64,000 bases of DNA from Candidatus Methylomirabilis sp. (GTDB taxonomy: Bacteria > Methylomirabilota > Methylomirabilia > Methylomirabilales > 2-02-FULL-66-22): assembly GCA_035455275.1 (NCBI GenBank), contig DATIFO010000085.1, positions 14,901-78,900 of the forward strand. Reading direction: 5' to 3'. Below, piece after piece: positions 25,703 through 34,445 of this stretch. Below the pieces are notes generated by a model. The model was not told where the DNA came from. It made no database searches and saw only the letters and a program-made list of their open reading frames with translations. Position 1 is the first letter of the stretch. The number at the start of each line of letters is the position of its first letter. A program made the translations under genes and the position numbers.

Positions 25703-26449
25703 CTACAATCCCCGGAGGGAGCGGACGACGAGCGACGCCCCGGCGACCAGGAGCAGCAGGCGGATCGCCTGGATCATGGCCGCGCGCGAGATCCGGGCGT
25801 GCGCCCGGTCGGCCAGCCAGAGGGCACCGAGGATGGCGGGCACCAGGGGGACGGCCGTGAACCACACGGCCGGCGCGGACAGCAGGCCGGCCAGGGCAAA
25901 GGCCACGATCCGCGCGCCCACGCTGACGACGCTGGTGGCTGCGAGCGTGGCCCGCATCGCCTGCTTCGCGTGGGGCCGCAGGCTGAGGTAGATGACGTAC
26001 GGGGGGCCGCCCGCGCCGAACATGGCCGACGTGATGCCGCCGGAGAATCCGGCGAGGTACCCCCAACTCGCGTCGATCCGCAGGGACGCCTCGGGGGCCA
26101 GCAGGCTGTAAATCGCGAAGCTCACGACGAAGAGCCCGAGGGCACACAGGAGAATCTGGGTGCGGAGAACGGCGAGGAGCCAGGTGCCGACCACGACCCC
26201 CAGGATGCAACCCGGGATGAGTCGGCCGGCTTCGTCCCGCACGATGGCCTGGGGCCGCGCCAGGCCGACCCGGACCGCGTTCACGATGTCAAGCAAGGCA
26301 AACACCGCCAGGACGAACGGGAGGGGATAGATCAGGGACGCCAGTGGAATGGTGATGAGCGCAGACCCGAATCCCGTGACGCCGTACACGAAGGACCCAA
26401 GGCAGGCGACAGGCAGCAGCACGAGCAGCGTCTGGAACTCAGCTGGCAT
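25703..26449 (-). CDS. TauE/SafE (DUF81) family anion/sulfite exporter
   Basis: Seven to eight TM helices with the duplicated GxxGxGG-type motifs (GVTGFGSALI..., GFSGGITSAMFGAGGPP). Confidence 0.85.
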   Translation of the reverse strand: MPAEFQTLLVLLPVACLGSFVYGVTGFGSALITIPLASLIYPLPFVLAVFALLDIVNAVRVGLARPQAIVRDEAGRLIPGCILGVVVGTWLLAVLRTQILLCALGLFVVSFAIYSLLAPEASLRIDASWGYLAGFSGGITSAMFGAGGPPYVIYLSLRPHAKQAMRATLAATSVVSVGARIVAFALAGLLSAPAVWFTAVPLVPAILGALWLADRAHARISRAAMIQAIRLLLLVAGASLVVRSLRGL

Positions 26450-26732
26450 GGCGACGCGAGTCCTTCCCGGGTCGGGGGGGAGGCACGCTGCAGGGCCCGG
26501 CCCCGCAGCCGCCCGACACCCGCACGAGCAGCGCGGATGAACAGGCTGAACCTACCCCGAGTGGCAGGGAGCGTCAAGGGCGCGGGCGCCGGGGCAGAGC
26601 GGGGAGCCGGATTCCCGGCCCCGTGGCTCACAGGCCTGGGCGGATCCCGGGTGGAGCAAGCCCTCACATCCCCCGCTGGAGGAGGCGGAAGAGTCGCCAC
26701 AGGCTGCCAGTCTCCTGTGGGCGGTTTTTGGC

Positions 26733-26762
26733 TTGACACCTTTCCCCGGGCTGCGGCATGCT
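26733..26762 (+). promoter_or_regulatory. promoter candidate of the recurrent TTTTGGCTTGACAC...GCATGCT family (amino-acid ABC operon)
   Basis: ggTTTTTGGCTTGACACctttccccgggctgcggCATGCTtcc with an 18-nt spacer, about 150 nt upstream of the SBP gene. A 7-bp hairpin (CCACAGG/CCTGTGG, 26697-26720) followed by T5 abuts it. Confidence 0.5.
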
Positions 26763-26913
26763 TCCATGGCCCCCGGCAATCCCAGGACCTGCGACCCGAT
26801 CGCGAGGGTGCGCGGCCCACGAGCACGCTGTCTCGGCGACTGACGGCTGGGGCGGACGCCCTCACCGGTGAATCGCCGGGCCGAGGCGGCCAGCACCTCT
26901 GGGAGGGAGGAAC

Positions 26914-27765
26914 ATGCAGACGAGCGGTTCGACACTTCGAATCCTGTGGGCGTGGCTCGGGCTTCTCGGCGCGCTCTGCTTCCCGCCGGCGGCCACGGCA
27001 CAGACGGCCCTGCCGGCCCTGCCGGACTTCATCAAGTCCCACGGCGTGCTGAGGGCCGGCGTACGCTGCGATCAACCCCCGTACGGCTTCCAGGACCAGA
27101 ACGGCAAGTTCGCCGGGGTCGAGGTCGAGATGGCGATGCAGATGGCGGCGTGGGCCTTCGGCGGGAAGGACAAGATCGAGCTCACCTGCGTCACGGCCGA
27201 GAATCGCATCCCGCAGCTCAACGGCAAGAAGGTGGACCTGCTCATCGCCACCCTGGGCATCACGCCCGAGCGGGCGCGCGTGGTGGACTTCAGCGACGCC
27301 TACCGCTGGGGGGGGAGCGACCTGCTCGTGCCGAAGAACAGCCCGATCAGGAAGATCGACGACGTGGATGGCCGGACGGTCATCATGCTGAAGGGCACGA
27401 CCCAGGCGAAGTGGTTCGAGGAGAACAAGCCGAAGGTCCAGACGCTCAAGCTCAACACCGCCTCGGACGCCCTGCAGGCGCTGAAACAGGGGCGCGGCGA
27501 CGCCTACACCCACGACGCGGCGACCCTCATCGTCATGGCGGCGAAGGACCCGGAGCTGCGGCTGGTCGGCGAGCTGTTCGCCAACGCCGACACCGCCATC
27601 GGCGTCCGCAAGAACGAGGGCCCCTGGCTCGCCTATATCAACGCCGCGCTGGGGCGGATGAAGCAGGAGAATCTCTTCCTGGGCTGGGTCACCCAGTGGG
27701 TGGCGGCGGACATCCGCTCGTATTACATCCAGGTGTTCACCAAGCCGAAGCCGGCCTCGCGCTGA
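26914..27765 (+). CDS. polar amino-acid ABC transporter substrate-binding protein (SBP family 3)
   Basis: A signal peptide followed by LRAGV..PPYGF.D.NGK..G.EV..A, the typical SBP_bac_3 pattern. Confidence 0.9.
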   Translation: MQTSGSTLRILWAWLGLLGALCFPPAATAQTALPALPDFIKSHGVLRAGVRCDQPPYGFQDQNGKFAGVEVEMAMQMAAWAFGGKDKIELTCVTAENRIPQLNGKKVDLLIATLGITPERARVVDFSDAYRWGGSDLLVPKNSPIRKIDDVDGRTVIMLKGTTQAKWFEENKPKVQTLKLNTASDALQALKQGRGDAYTHDAATLIVMAAKDPELRLVGELFANADTAIGVRKNEGPWLAYINAALGRMKQENLFLGWVTQWVAADIRSYYIQVFTKPKPASR

Positions 27766-27834
27766 CCGTGGCCCAGTGACAGGTCGCGCGCCGCCGCCCA
27801 TGGCGCACGTCGCGGTACGCGGGATCCTTGACCC

Positions 27835-28497
27835 ATGGACTTCAGCCTCGCCTACCTGACGGCCCAGTGGCCGGCGCTGATGCGCGGCCTGCTGATGACC
27901 GCCCAGGTGAGCGCCATCAGCATCGCGCTCTCGATCGCCATCGGGGTGGGCGGGGCGGCCTGCCGGCTCCTCGCCATTCCCCTGCTCTCGCCCCTGGTCG
28001 CCGCCTACGTGGAGTTCATCCGCAACACCCCGCTGCTGGTGCAGCTCTTCTTCATCTTCTTCGGGTTACCCACGGTCGGCGTGAAGCTGTCCATCTTCTG
28101 GTCCGGCGTCCTGTGCCTGACGGCCTGGGCCGGGGCCTTCCAGGTGGAGAACGTGCGGGGCGGCCTTGCGGCCGTGGGCAAGGGGCTCCAGGAAGCCGCC
28201 CTGTCGCTGGGCCACCGTCCCGTGCAGTTCTTCCAGCTCGTGGCGCTGCCCCTGGCGATCCGCGTGAGTCTGCCGGCCATGCTCAACACCTCGATCTCGC
28301 TGCTGAAGAACTCCGCGTACCTGCAGACCATCGGGCTGGTGGAGCTGACCTTCGTGGCCGTGGATCGGATGTCCATGGACTTCCGTGCCATCGAGATGTT
28401 CACGGCGATCTGCGCCATCTACCTCGTCCTCGTGCTCGCCCTCTCCGTCGCCACGGACCGCCTGGCGACGAGACTCCAGCGGCCGTTCCGGGCCTGA
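27835..28497 (+). CDS. amino-acid ABC transporter permease (His/Glu/Gln/Arg/opine family)
   Basis: LLMTAQVSAISIALSIAIG...YVEFIRNTPLLVQLFFIFFGLP and the EAA-loop region (QEAALSLGHRPVQFFQLVALP). Confidence 0.9.
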   Translation: MDFSLAYLTAQWPALMRGLLMTAQVSAISIALSIAIGVGGAACRLLAIPLLSPLVAAYVEFIRNTPLLVQLFFIFFGLPTVGVKLSIFWSGVLCLTAWAGAFQVENVRGGLAAVGKGLQEAALSLGHRPVQFFQLVALPLAIRVSLPAMLNTSISLLKNSAYLQTIGLVELTFVAVDRMSMDFRAIEMFTAICAIYLVLVLALSVATDRLATRLQRPFRA

Positions 28498-28506
28498 GCC
28501 CGCGCC

Positions 28507-29232
28507 ATGCAGATCATCCTGTTGAACCGGACCTTCATCCTGAACGGGCTCGTGAAGACCCTGGCGCTCGCCGGGGTGACGCTCCTGTTCTCCACGCTGA
28601 TCGGCGGGCTGCTCGGCGTGCTCGCCGTGACGCGCTTCAGGCTGCTGCGGTGGAGCGTGCGCGCCTACGTCGAGCTGTTTCGCGACATCCCCCTGATCGT
28701 GAACATCTTCTTCATCTTCTTCGGCCTGCCGCTTGTCCTCAAGGGCATCGAGATGACGCCGTTCGTCGCGGTGACCGTCGGGCTGTCGCTCTGGGGCGGG
28801 GCGAACGGCGCGGAGATCGTGCGCGGCGGGCTGCAATCCGTGCCGCGGCACCAGTGGCAGAGCGCCATGGCCCTGGGTCTGAAGACCTGGGAGATCCTGG
28901 TCTTCATCGTCGGGCCGCAGGCGGTGAAGTCGATCCTGCCCCCCTTCACCGGACTGCTGACGCTCCTGATCCAGGCCACGTCCCTGGGGGCCCTGGTGGG
29001 CGTCGGCGAGTTCCTGCGGGTCGGCCAGATCATCGTCGAGCGCACCACGGTGATGGAGGGCCGGAGCCCGGCCTTTCCCGTCTATCTCGCCGTGCTGGTG
29101 GTCTACTTCCTCATCTGCTCGGCGCTCACCTGGCTCTCGCGGCGCCTGGAGCGGCGACTGCGGCAGGATCGCCCCGCCGTGCTGCGGGGCACGTCCGGCC
29201 TCCCGATCCCGCCGGCGCCGCGTTACCTGTGA
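28507..29232 (+). CDS. amino-acid ABC transporter permease (second subunit)
   Basis: YVELFRDIPLIVNIFFIFFGLP and QWQSAMALGLKTWEILVFIVGPQA. Confidence 0.9.
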   Translation: MQIILLNRTFILNGLVKTLALAGVTLLFSTLIGGLLGVLAVTRFRLLRWSVRAYVELFRDIPLIVNIFFIFFGLPLVLKGIEMTPFVAVTVGLSLWGGANGAEIVRGGLQSVPRHQWQSAMALGLKTWEILVFIVGPQAVKSILPPFTGLLTLLIQATSLGALVGVGEFLRVGQIIVERTTVMEGRSPAFPVYLAVLVVYFLICSALTWLSRRLERRLRQDRPAVLRGTSGLPIPPAPRYL

Positions 29233-29267
29233 GTCCCGCAACGCCCCACCCGGGGAAAGGTGCAGCC

Positions 29268-30770
29268 ATGGAATCCAAGGTCAGCAGGCGGTTGAAGGAG
29301 CCGGCGGCTCGCGAGGTGTGCGACAACATCTATGCGCCGCGACTCACCCGCGACTTCGGCGCGGTCTTCGCCTACATGACGGACCTGAACCAGGCGCACG
29401 TCCTGATGCTGCACACCTGCGGGCTGATCAGCCGGGAGGTCGCCCGGCAGCTCGCCGGGGGCTTGCTCACGATGGAGCAGGCCGGGCCGGGAGCAGTGAC
29501 CCTCGACCCGCAGCGGGAGGACGCGTACTTCAACTACGAGGCCCATCTCATCGGTCTGGTCGGCACCAACGCGGGAGGGCGCCTGCACATCGCCCGCAGC
29601 CGCAACGACCTGGGGGCTGCCCTCGACCGGATGCGCGCGCGGGACGCCCTGCTCGATCTCGTGGACGGCGTCCTGCAGGTCCGCGGCCAGGCCCTCGCCC
29701 AGGCGGAGCGGCACGCGGGGGTCGTCATGCCCGGGTACACCCACCTGCAGCCCGCCCAGCCCGTGACCTTCGGCTGGTACCTGCTGGGCATCGCCCAGGC
29801 CCTGGAGCGGGACGGCCAGCGGCTCGACCAGGCCTATCCCCGTCTCAACAGGAACCCGCTGGGGGCCGGGGCGCTGGCCGGGACGACCTTCCCCATTGAC
29901 CGCCAGGAGACGGCCCGGCTGCTCGGCTTTTCCGGCCTCGTGGATCACGGGCTGGACGCCGTGGCCTCGCGCGACTTCGTCCTGGAGATCCTGTCCGCCC
30001 TGTCGCTCCTCGGGATCACCTGGAGCCGTCTGGCGCAGGACTTCTACGTGATGACCTCGTACGAGTTCCAGAGCGTCGAGTTCCCGGACAGCGTGACCGG
30101 CACCTCCAGCATGATGCCGCAGAAGAAAAACCCGGTGGTGCTGGAGCACCTGAAGGGCCAGACCGGCCACATCCTCGGCGCCTTCCTGGCGGCCGGCACG
30201 GCCTTTCGCGCCACCAGCTTCACCAACACCATCGACGGCAACCGCGACGGCGTCCGGGCCTTGTGGGAGGCGGCGCAGGAGGCGCAGCGGTGCCTCAGGC
30301 TGGCCGACCTGATCGTCCGCACGGCCACGCCGGTCCCCGCGATCATGCTCAAGCGCGCCCAGGAAAACTTCGGCACGGCGACCGACCTCGCCGACCTCCT
30401 CGTCCGCGACGCCGATCTCGCGTTCCGCGAGGCGCACCACGTCGTCGGCGCCGTCGTGCGTACGGCCATGGACCGGGGCCTCGCCGCGCACCAGATCACC
30501 TCGGCCATGGTGGATGCGGCCGCCTTGCAGGTGGTCGGACGCGCCCTGAAGCTCCCCGAGGCGGCTGTGAGCCGGAGCCTGGATCCCGTCAGCTCCGTGG
30601 AGGGCCGGACCCTCCGGGGAGGGCCGGCCAGGGGCGCGGTGCTCGAGCTCGTCGCCGAGGGCCGCCAGCGGCTGGCCGCCGAACGCCGCGCGGCCGAGGC
30701 GCGGCGAACCTCGCTGGCCGACGCGCGGGCAACGCTCAAGCGCGAGCTCGCCGCCCTGGCGGGCCCATGA
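29268..30770 (+). CDS. argininosuccinate lyase family (fumarate-lyase superfamily) enzyme embedded in the ABC operon
   Basis: [30 protein letters not shown] and the signature [15 protein letters not shown] at 29268 is in frame within the long artefactual ORF 27828..30770. Its stop overlaps the ATPase start (ATGA). Confidence 0.85.
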   Translation: MESKVSRRLKEPAAREVCDNIYAPRLTRDFGAVFAYMTDLNQAHVLMLHTCGLISREVARQLAGGLLTMEQAGPGAVTLDPQREDAYFNYEAHLIGLVGTNAGGRLHIARSRNDLGAALDRMRARDALLDLVDGVLQVRGQALAQAERHAGVVMPGYTHLQPAQPVTFGWYLLGIAQALERDGQRLDQAYPRLNRNPLGAGALAGTTFPIDRQETARLLGFSGLVDHGLDAVASRDFVLEILSALSLLGITWSRLAQDFYVMTSYEFQSVEFPDSVTGTSSMMPQKKNPVVLEHLKGQTGHILGAFLAAGTAFRATSFTNTIDGNRDGVRALWEAAQEAQRCLRLADLIVRTATPVPAIMLKRAQENFGTATDLADLLVRDADLAFREAHHVVGAVVRTAMDRGLAAHQITSAMVDAAALQVVGRALKLPEAAVSRSLDPVSSVEGRTLRGGPARGAVLELVAEGRQRLAAERRAAEARRTSLADARATLKRELAALAGP

Positions 30771-31510
30771 CGGACGCCCGGCCGCTCATCTCCGTCCGCG
30801 GCCTCAGCAAGCGCTTCGGCCGGATCCAGGCCCTGGACGGCGTGGACCTGGATGTCGCGCGGGGCGAGGTGCTCGTGCTCATCGGGCCCAGCGGCTCCGG
30901 CAAGAGCACCCTGATCCGCTGCGTCAACGGCCTGGAGGAGCCCACGGCCGGCAGGCTGACGGTCGACGGCCGCACCATCGCCGCGGGCGACCATGCGGGC
31001 TGGCGCGAGCTGCGCACCGAGGTCGGCATGGTCTTCCAGGACTACGCGCTGTTCCCGAACCTGTCCGTGCTCAGGAACATCACGCTGGCCCCGGTGCGCC
31101 GAGGCCGCCTGGACCCCGAGGCCGCGCGGGCGACGGCGCGCCGCCTCCTCGACCGCGTCGGTCTGCTCCACAAGATGAATGCCTGGCCCAGCGAGCTGTC
31201 AGGCGGCCAGCAGCAGCGGGTCGCCATCGTGCGGGCGCTGGCCATGGCCCCCAAGGCCATGCTGTTCGACGAGCCGACCTCGGCCCTCGATCCCGAGACC
31301 ATCCAGGAGGTCCTGGACATCATGCAGGGTCTCGCGCGGGACGGCATGACCATGGTCGTGGTCACGCACGAGATGGGCTTTGCCCGCGAGGTCGCCGACC
31401 GCGTCGCCTTCATGGACAAGGGCCGCATCGTCGAGACGGCGCCGCCGGCCCGGCTGTTCGAGGCGCCCCGGGAGGAGCGCACCCGCGCCTTCCTGGCGAA
31501 GATTGTCTGA
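30767..31510 (+). CDS. amino-acid ABC transporter ATP-binding protein
   Basis: Walker A (GPSGSGKST), Q-loop, signature [15 protein letters not shown]-type ([15 protein letters not shown]), Walker B ([11 protein letters not shown]) and the H-loop. Confidence 0.95.
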   Translation: MTDARPLISVRGLSKRFGRIQALDGVDLDVARGEVLVLIGPSGSGKSTLIRCVNGLEEPTAGRLTVDGRTIAAGDHAGWRELRTEVGMVFQDYALFPNLSVLRNITLAPVRRGRLDPEAARATARRLLDRVGLLHKMNAWPSELSGGQQQRVAIVRALAMAPKAMLFDEPTSALDPETIQEVLDIMQGLARDGMTMVVVTHEMGFAREVADRVAFMDKGRIVETAPPARLFEAPREERTRAFLAKIV

Positions 31511-31614
31511 CCGGTGATTTTGACTCAAGCCCGGCTCCGAACCTGCCGATAGGAAGGTCGGGGCGACTCCCGCCCCCGCAGCTCCGGACGCTCGTGTCGA
31601 ACAGGAGGCGCCTG

Positions 31615-32577
31615 ATGCTCCAGTCGCTGGATCGGCTGCTCGGGAACATCGATCAGCTCCCCTCGCTCCCCCCGGTGCTACTCCGACTGACCGAGGCGGT
31701 CAGGGATCCCAACACGTCCGCTCGCCAGTTGGCGAGCATCATCCTCCAGGATCCGGCGCTCACCGCCCGCCTGCTTCGCCTGGTCAACTCCCCCTACTAC
31801 GGCTTTCCGCGAAAGATCGCCACGGTCACGGATGCGCTCACCCTGATCGGGTTCCGTCCCGTTCAACACCTGCTGCTGACGACCGCGGTGGTGGATCTTC
31901 TTCACGCGGAGGACAGCCTCGAGTTCTCCGCTGTCAGTCTGTGGCAGCACGCGGTGGGGACCGCCGTGGCGGCCGGCCGGCTCGGGCGCGCGGTTGGCTA
32001 CCGGGAGCACGAGGGGCTGTTCGTCGCCGGTCTGCTCCACGATGTCGGCATGCTCGTGGAGTTCCAGTGCCTGCGCCCCGAGTTCTTGCAGGTCCTGGCG
32101 CTGGCCCGGTCCCAGGATCTGCCGCTGCATGTGGCCGAGGAGAAGATCCTGGGGTTCGGCCACGCCCAGGCGGGACGGCTGCTCCTGGAGCACTGGAAGC
32201 TCCCCCCCCGCCTGTGCGAGGCCGTGGCTTGCCATCACCATCCGGCCCAGGCGCAGGACACTCAGTGGGAGTCCGCGTTCATCCACGTGGCCGATGGGCT
32301 GGCGTACGGCCTCGGGCTGGGGGTGGCGGGCCAGGCAACCGTGCCGCCGATCGAAATCGATGCCTGGGAGTGGGTCGGCCTCCCCACGGCCGGACTGCCG
32401 CCGCTGCTGGCGGAAGTCGAGGCGCAGCACCGGGAGATCCTGGCTGTTCTCTTCGAGACCATGCGCGCGTTCCCCGGGATGGATGACCGACTGAGCGGTG
32501 CCACGTGGTCCCACCGGGGGCTCCGGCCCACGCCGGAACCTAGAGATCGCCACTCGCCCAAGTCGGCGAACCGCTGA
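31615..32577 (+). CDS. HDOD domain signalling protein
   Basis: LPSLPPVLLRLTEAVRDPNTSARQLASIILQDPALTARLLRLVNSPYYGFPRKI and the HD-like region (LLHDVGML). AGGAGG SD lies 6 nt before the ATG at 31615. Confidence 0.85.
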   Translation: MLQSLDRLLGNIDQLPSLPPVLLRLTEAVRDPNTSARQLASIILQDPALTARLLRLVNSPYYGFPRKIATVTDALTLIGFRPVQHLLLTTAVVDLLHAEDSLEFSAVSLWQHAVGTAVAAGRLGRAVGYREHEGLFVAGLLHDVGMLVEFQCLRPEFLQVLALARSQDLPLHVAEEKILGFGHAQAGRLLLEHWKLPPRLCEAVACHHHPAQAQDTQWESAFIHVADGLAYGLGLGVAGQATVPPIEIDAWEWVGLPTAGLPPLLAEVEAQHREILAVLFETMRAFPGMDDRLSGATWSHRGLRPTPEPRDRHSPKSANR

Positions 32578-32893
32578 CGGGAGTTCATGGGTCGACCGCG
32601 GGCTCGCGCGAGGGAGATTCCCCGCCCTCCGGGCCGGCGGCCCGACCCTCCTGCCGGAAGACCGTAATCCCGCTGCGGATCTTGGCTGAACCTGCCGGTC
32701 CATACCTCCACGTGAGAGCGACGAAGGCACCTGGACGGCGGGCTCTTCACGTGACGCCCGTCAAGGACGATCACAGGGTCCGGCAGCTCTCGCCGACAGC
32801 CTCCAATCTGCCTGTGGTCTGCAAGAACTCCGTCCGCTAGCGCTGGATTGTTCCAGCTCCCGCACGATTCGTGGCTCTTCCGAAGGGGGACGC

Positions 32894-32921
32894 TTGACTC
32901 TTTTCTTGAGGGGAATATATT
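32894..32921 (+). promoter_or_regulatory. near-consensus sigma70 promoter (TTGACT-16 nt-TATATT)
   Basis: cgcTTGACTcttttcttgaggggaaTATATTgc lies in a local AT-rich patch about 50 nt upstream of the 32973 gene (GGAGGAGGG SD). Confidence 0.55.
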
Positions 32922-32972
32922 GCAGTCCGTTGAATTCGGAAGCGGGCGTGCAACCGACCGGAGGAGGGCCTC

Positions 32973-33749
32973 ATGGATCTCACTGGCACGATGACCGAGA
33001 TGGCCAGGACAGGGGGGGCGAGCCTGACGGGGGTCGCCTCGGTGGACCGGTTCGATGGAGCGCCGAGAGGACACCATCCCGGCGAGCTGCTGCCCGGGGC
33101 ACAGGCGGTCTTCACCTTCGGCATCCGCCTGCTGGAGCGGGTCCTGGAGTGGCCTGAGCTGCTCCAGGGCTCCCCGCTCGTTCCAGAGGAGCTGCGCCGG
33201 GAAGCGCTCCACAAGCTCTTCTATCAGCGCTCCGGCTACGACAGCATCAACGACCGGCTGAACGAGATCGCGTTGACTCTGGCCAACCACCTGGAGGATC
33301 TCGGACATCCCTCCCTCTTCTTTCCGGCCACCTATGGGGCCCTCCCGGACAAGATGGCCCAACTGCCCGGGATGTTCTCCCAGAGGCATGCGGCCGTGCG
33401 GGCGGGCCTGGGGGAGTTTGGCCTGAACAACGTCGTCGTGACAGAGCGCTACGGGCCGCGCGTCCGGTTCAACTCGGTGATCACCTCCGCCCCCCTGATT
33501 CCCTCGGCCCCCTTGCAGGCGAAGACCTGTCTGGGTCTCGACTGCAAGGTCTGCCTGGACGAATGTCCGGCAGGCGCCTTCAGCCTGCTGCCGGCGTCGG
33601 CCTCTGAAGGGGTATGGCTCGATCCCGTGTCGCGGACCGACTGGGCGGCATGTCGTCGGAGCCGGGAACCCCTCGAGTGCGCAGGCCGCTGCCTGCGAGT
33701 CTGTCCGGTCGGTCGCGACGGGAAAAGGGTGGGGCGGTCCGGGTGTTGA
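32973..33749 (+). CDS. QueG/reductive-dehalogenase-superfamily 4Fe-4S protein (short form)
   Basis: HAAVRAGLGEFGLNNVVVTERYGPRVRFNSVITSAPL resembles the QueG core. Two Cys clusters end in CP (CLGLDCKVCLDECP and CAGRCLRVCP). Confidence 0.65.
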   Translation: MDLTGTMTEMARTGGASLTGVASVDRFDGAPRGHHPGELLPGAQAVFTFGIRLLERVLEWPELLQGSPLVPEELRREALHKLFYQRSGYDSINDRLNEIALTLANHLEDLGHPSLFFPATYGALPDKMAQLPGMFSQRHAAVRAGLGEFGLNNVVVTERYGPRVRFNSVITSAPLIPSAPLQAKTCLGLDCKVCLDECPAGAFSLLPASASEGVWLDPVSRTDWAACRRSREPLECAGRCLRVCPVGRDGKRVGRSGC

Positions 33750-33890
33750 CAGGGTCGTGGCTGGCAAACACCGGGCCCGTTCTCGCCTGCACCTGGCGCG
33801 CTGGCGTGGCTGCGATCGCGCAGATGCCGGCGGCTTTGCGGGACTGAACCTGGGACGTCCCAGGGCCCATCACTGCGGAGAGGAACGCCG

Positions 33891-34373
33891 ATGAACGATC
33901 TCCTGCCGCTTGCGAGGACGGTGTCAACCCTGCTCAAGGATCGGCGCGAGACCGTCGCCGTTGCGGAGTCGTCGGCCGGCGGGCTCATCTCGGCGGCCCT
34001 GCTCGCCGTGCCGGGCGCTTCCGCCTGCTTCCTCGGCAGTGCGGTCGTCTACACGTACGCGGCGCGGGGCGTGCTCCTGGACCTCCCGGACGCGGCTCTG
34101 GCGGGCATCCGGCCGGCGACCGAGCCGTATGCCCTGCTCCTCGCGCGCACGGTGCGCCAGCGTCTCGCCGCCACGTGGGGCCTTGCCGAGACAGGCGCGA
34201 CGGGACCGAGCGGGAACCGGTATGGGGATCCGGCCGGGCATGCCTGCCTCGCGGTTGCCGGGCTGGCCGAGCGCGCACGCACGCTGGAAACGGGCCAGGC
34301 CGACCGGCTTCACAACATGCGCGCGTTTGCGGCCGCGGCACTGGACCTCTTGGCGCAAACCTTGGCCCGGTAA
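33891..34373 (+). CDS. CinA C-terminal domain / nicotinamide-nucleotide amidohydrolase (PncC-like)
   Basis: TVAVAESSAGGLISAALLAVPGAS..FLGSAVVY and ETGATGPSG match the CinA/PncC pattern. Confidence 0.85.
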   Translation: MNDLLPLARTVSTLLKDRRETVAVAESSAGGLISAALLAVPGASACFLGSAVVYTYAARGVLLDLPDAALAGIRPATEPYALLLARTVRQRLAATWGLAETGATGPSGNRYGDPAGHACLAVAGLAERARTLETGQADRLHNMRAFAAAALDLLAQTLAR

Positions 34374-34445
34374 CCGTATGGCGGAGGCTGCACGACCACT
34401 ACGGGGATGCCGTCATGCTGCGGGACTGCCACACGGAGGCGGAAC

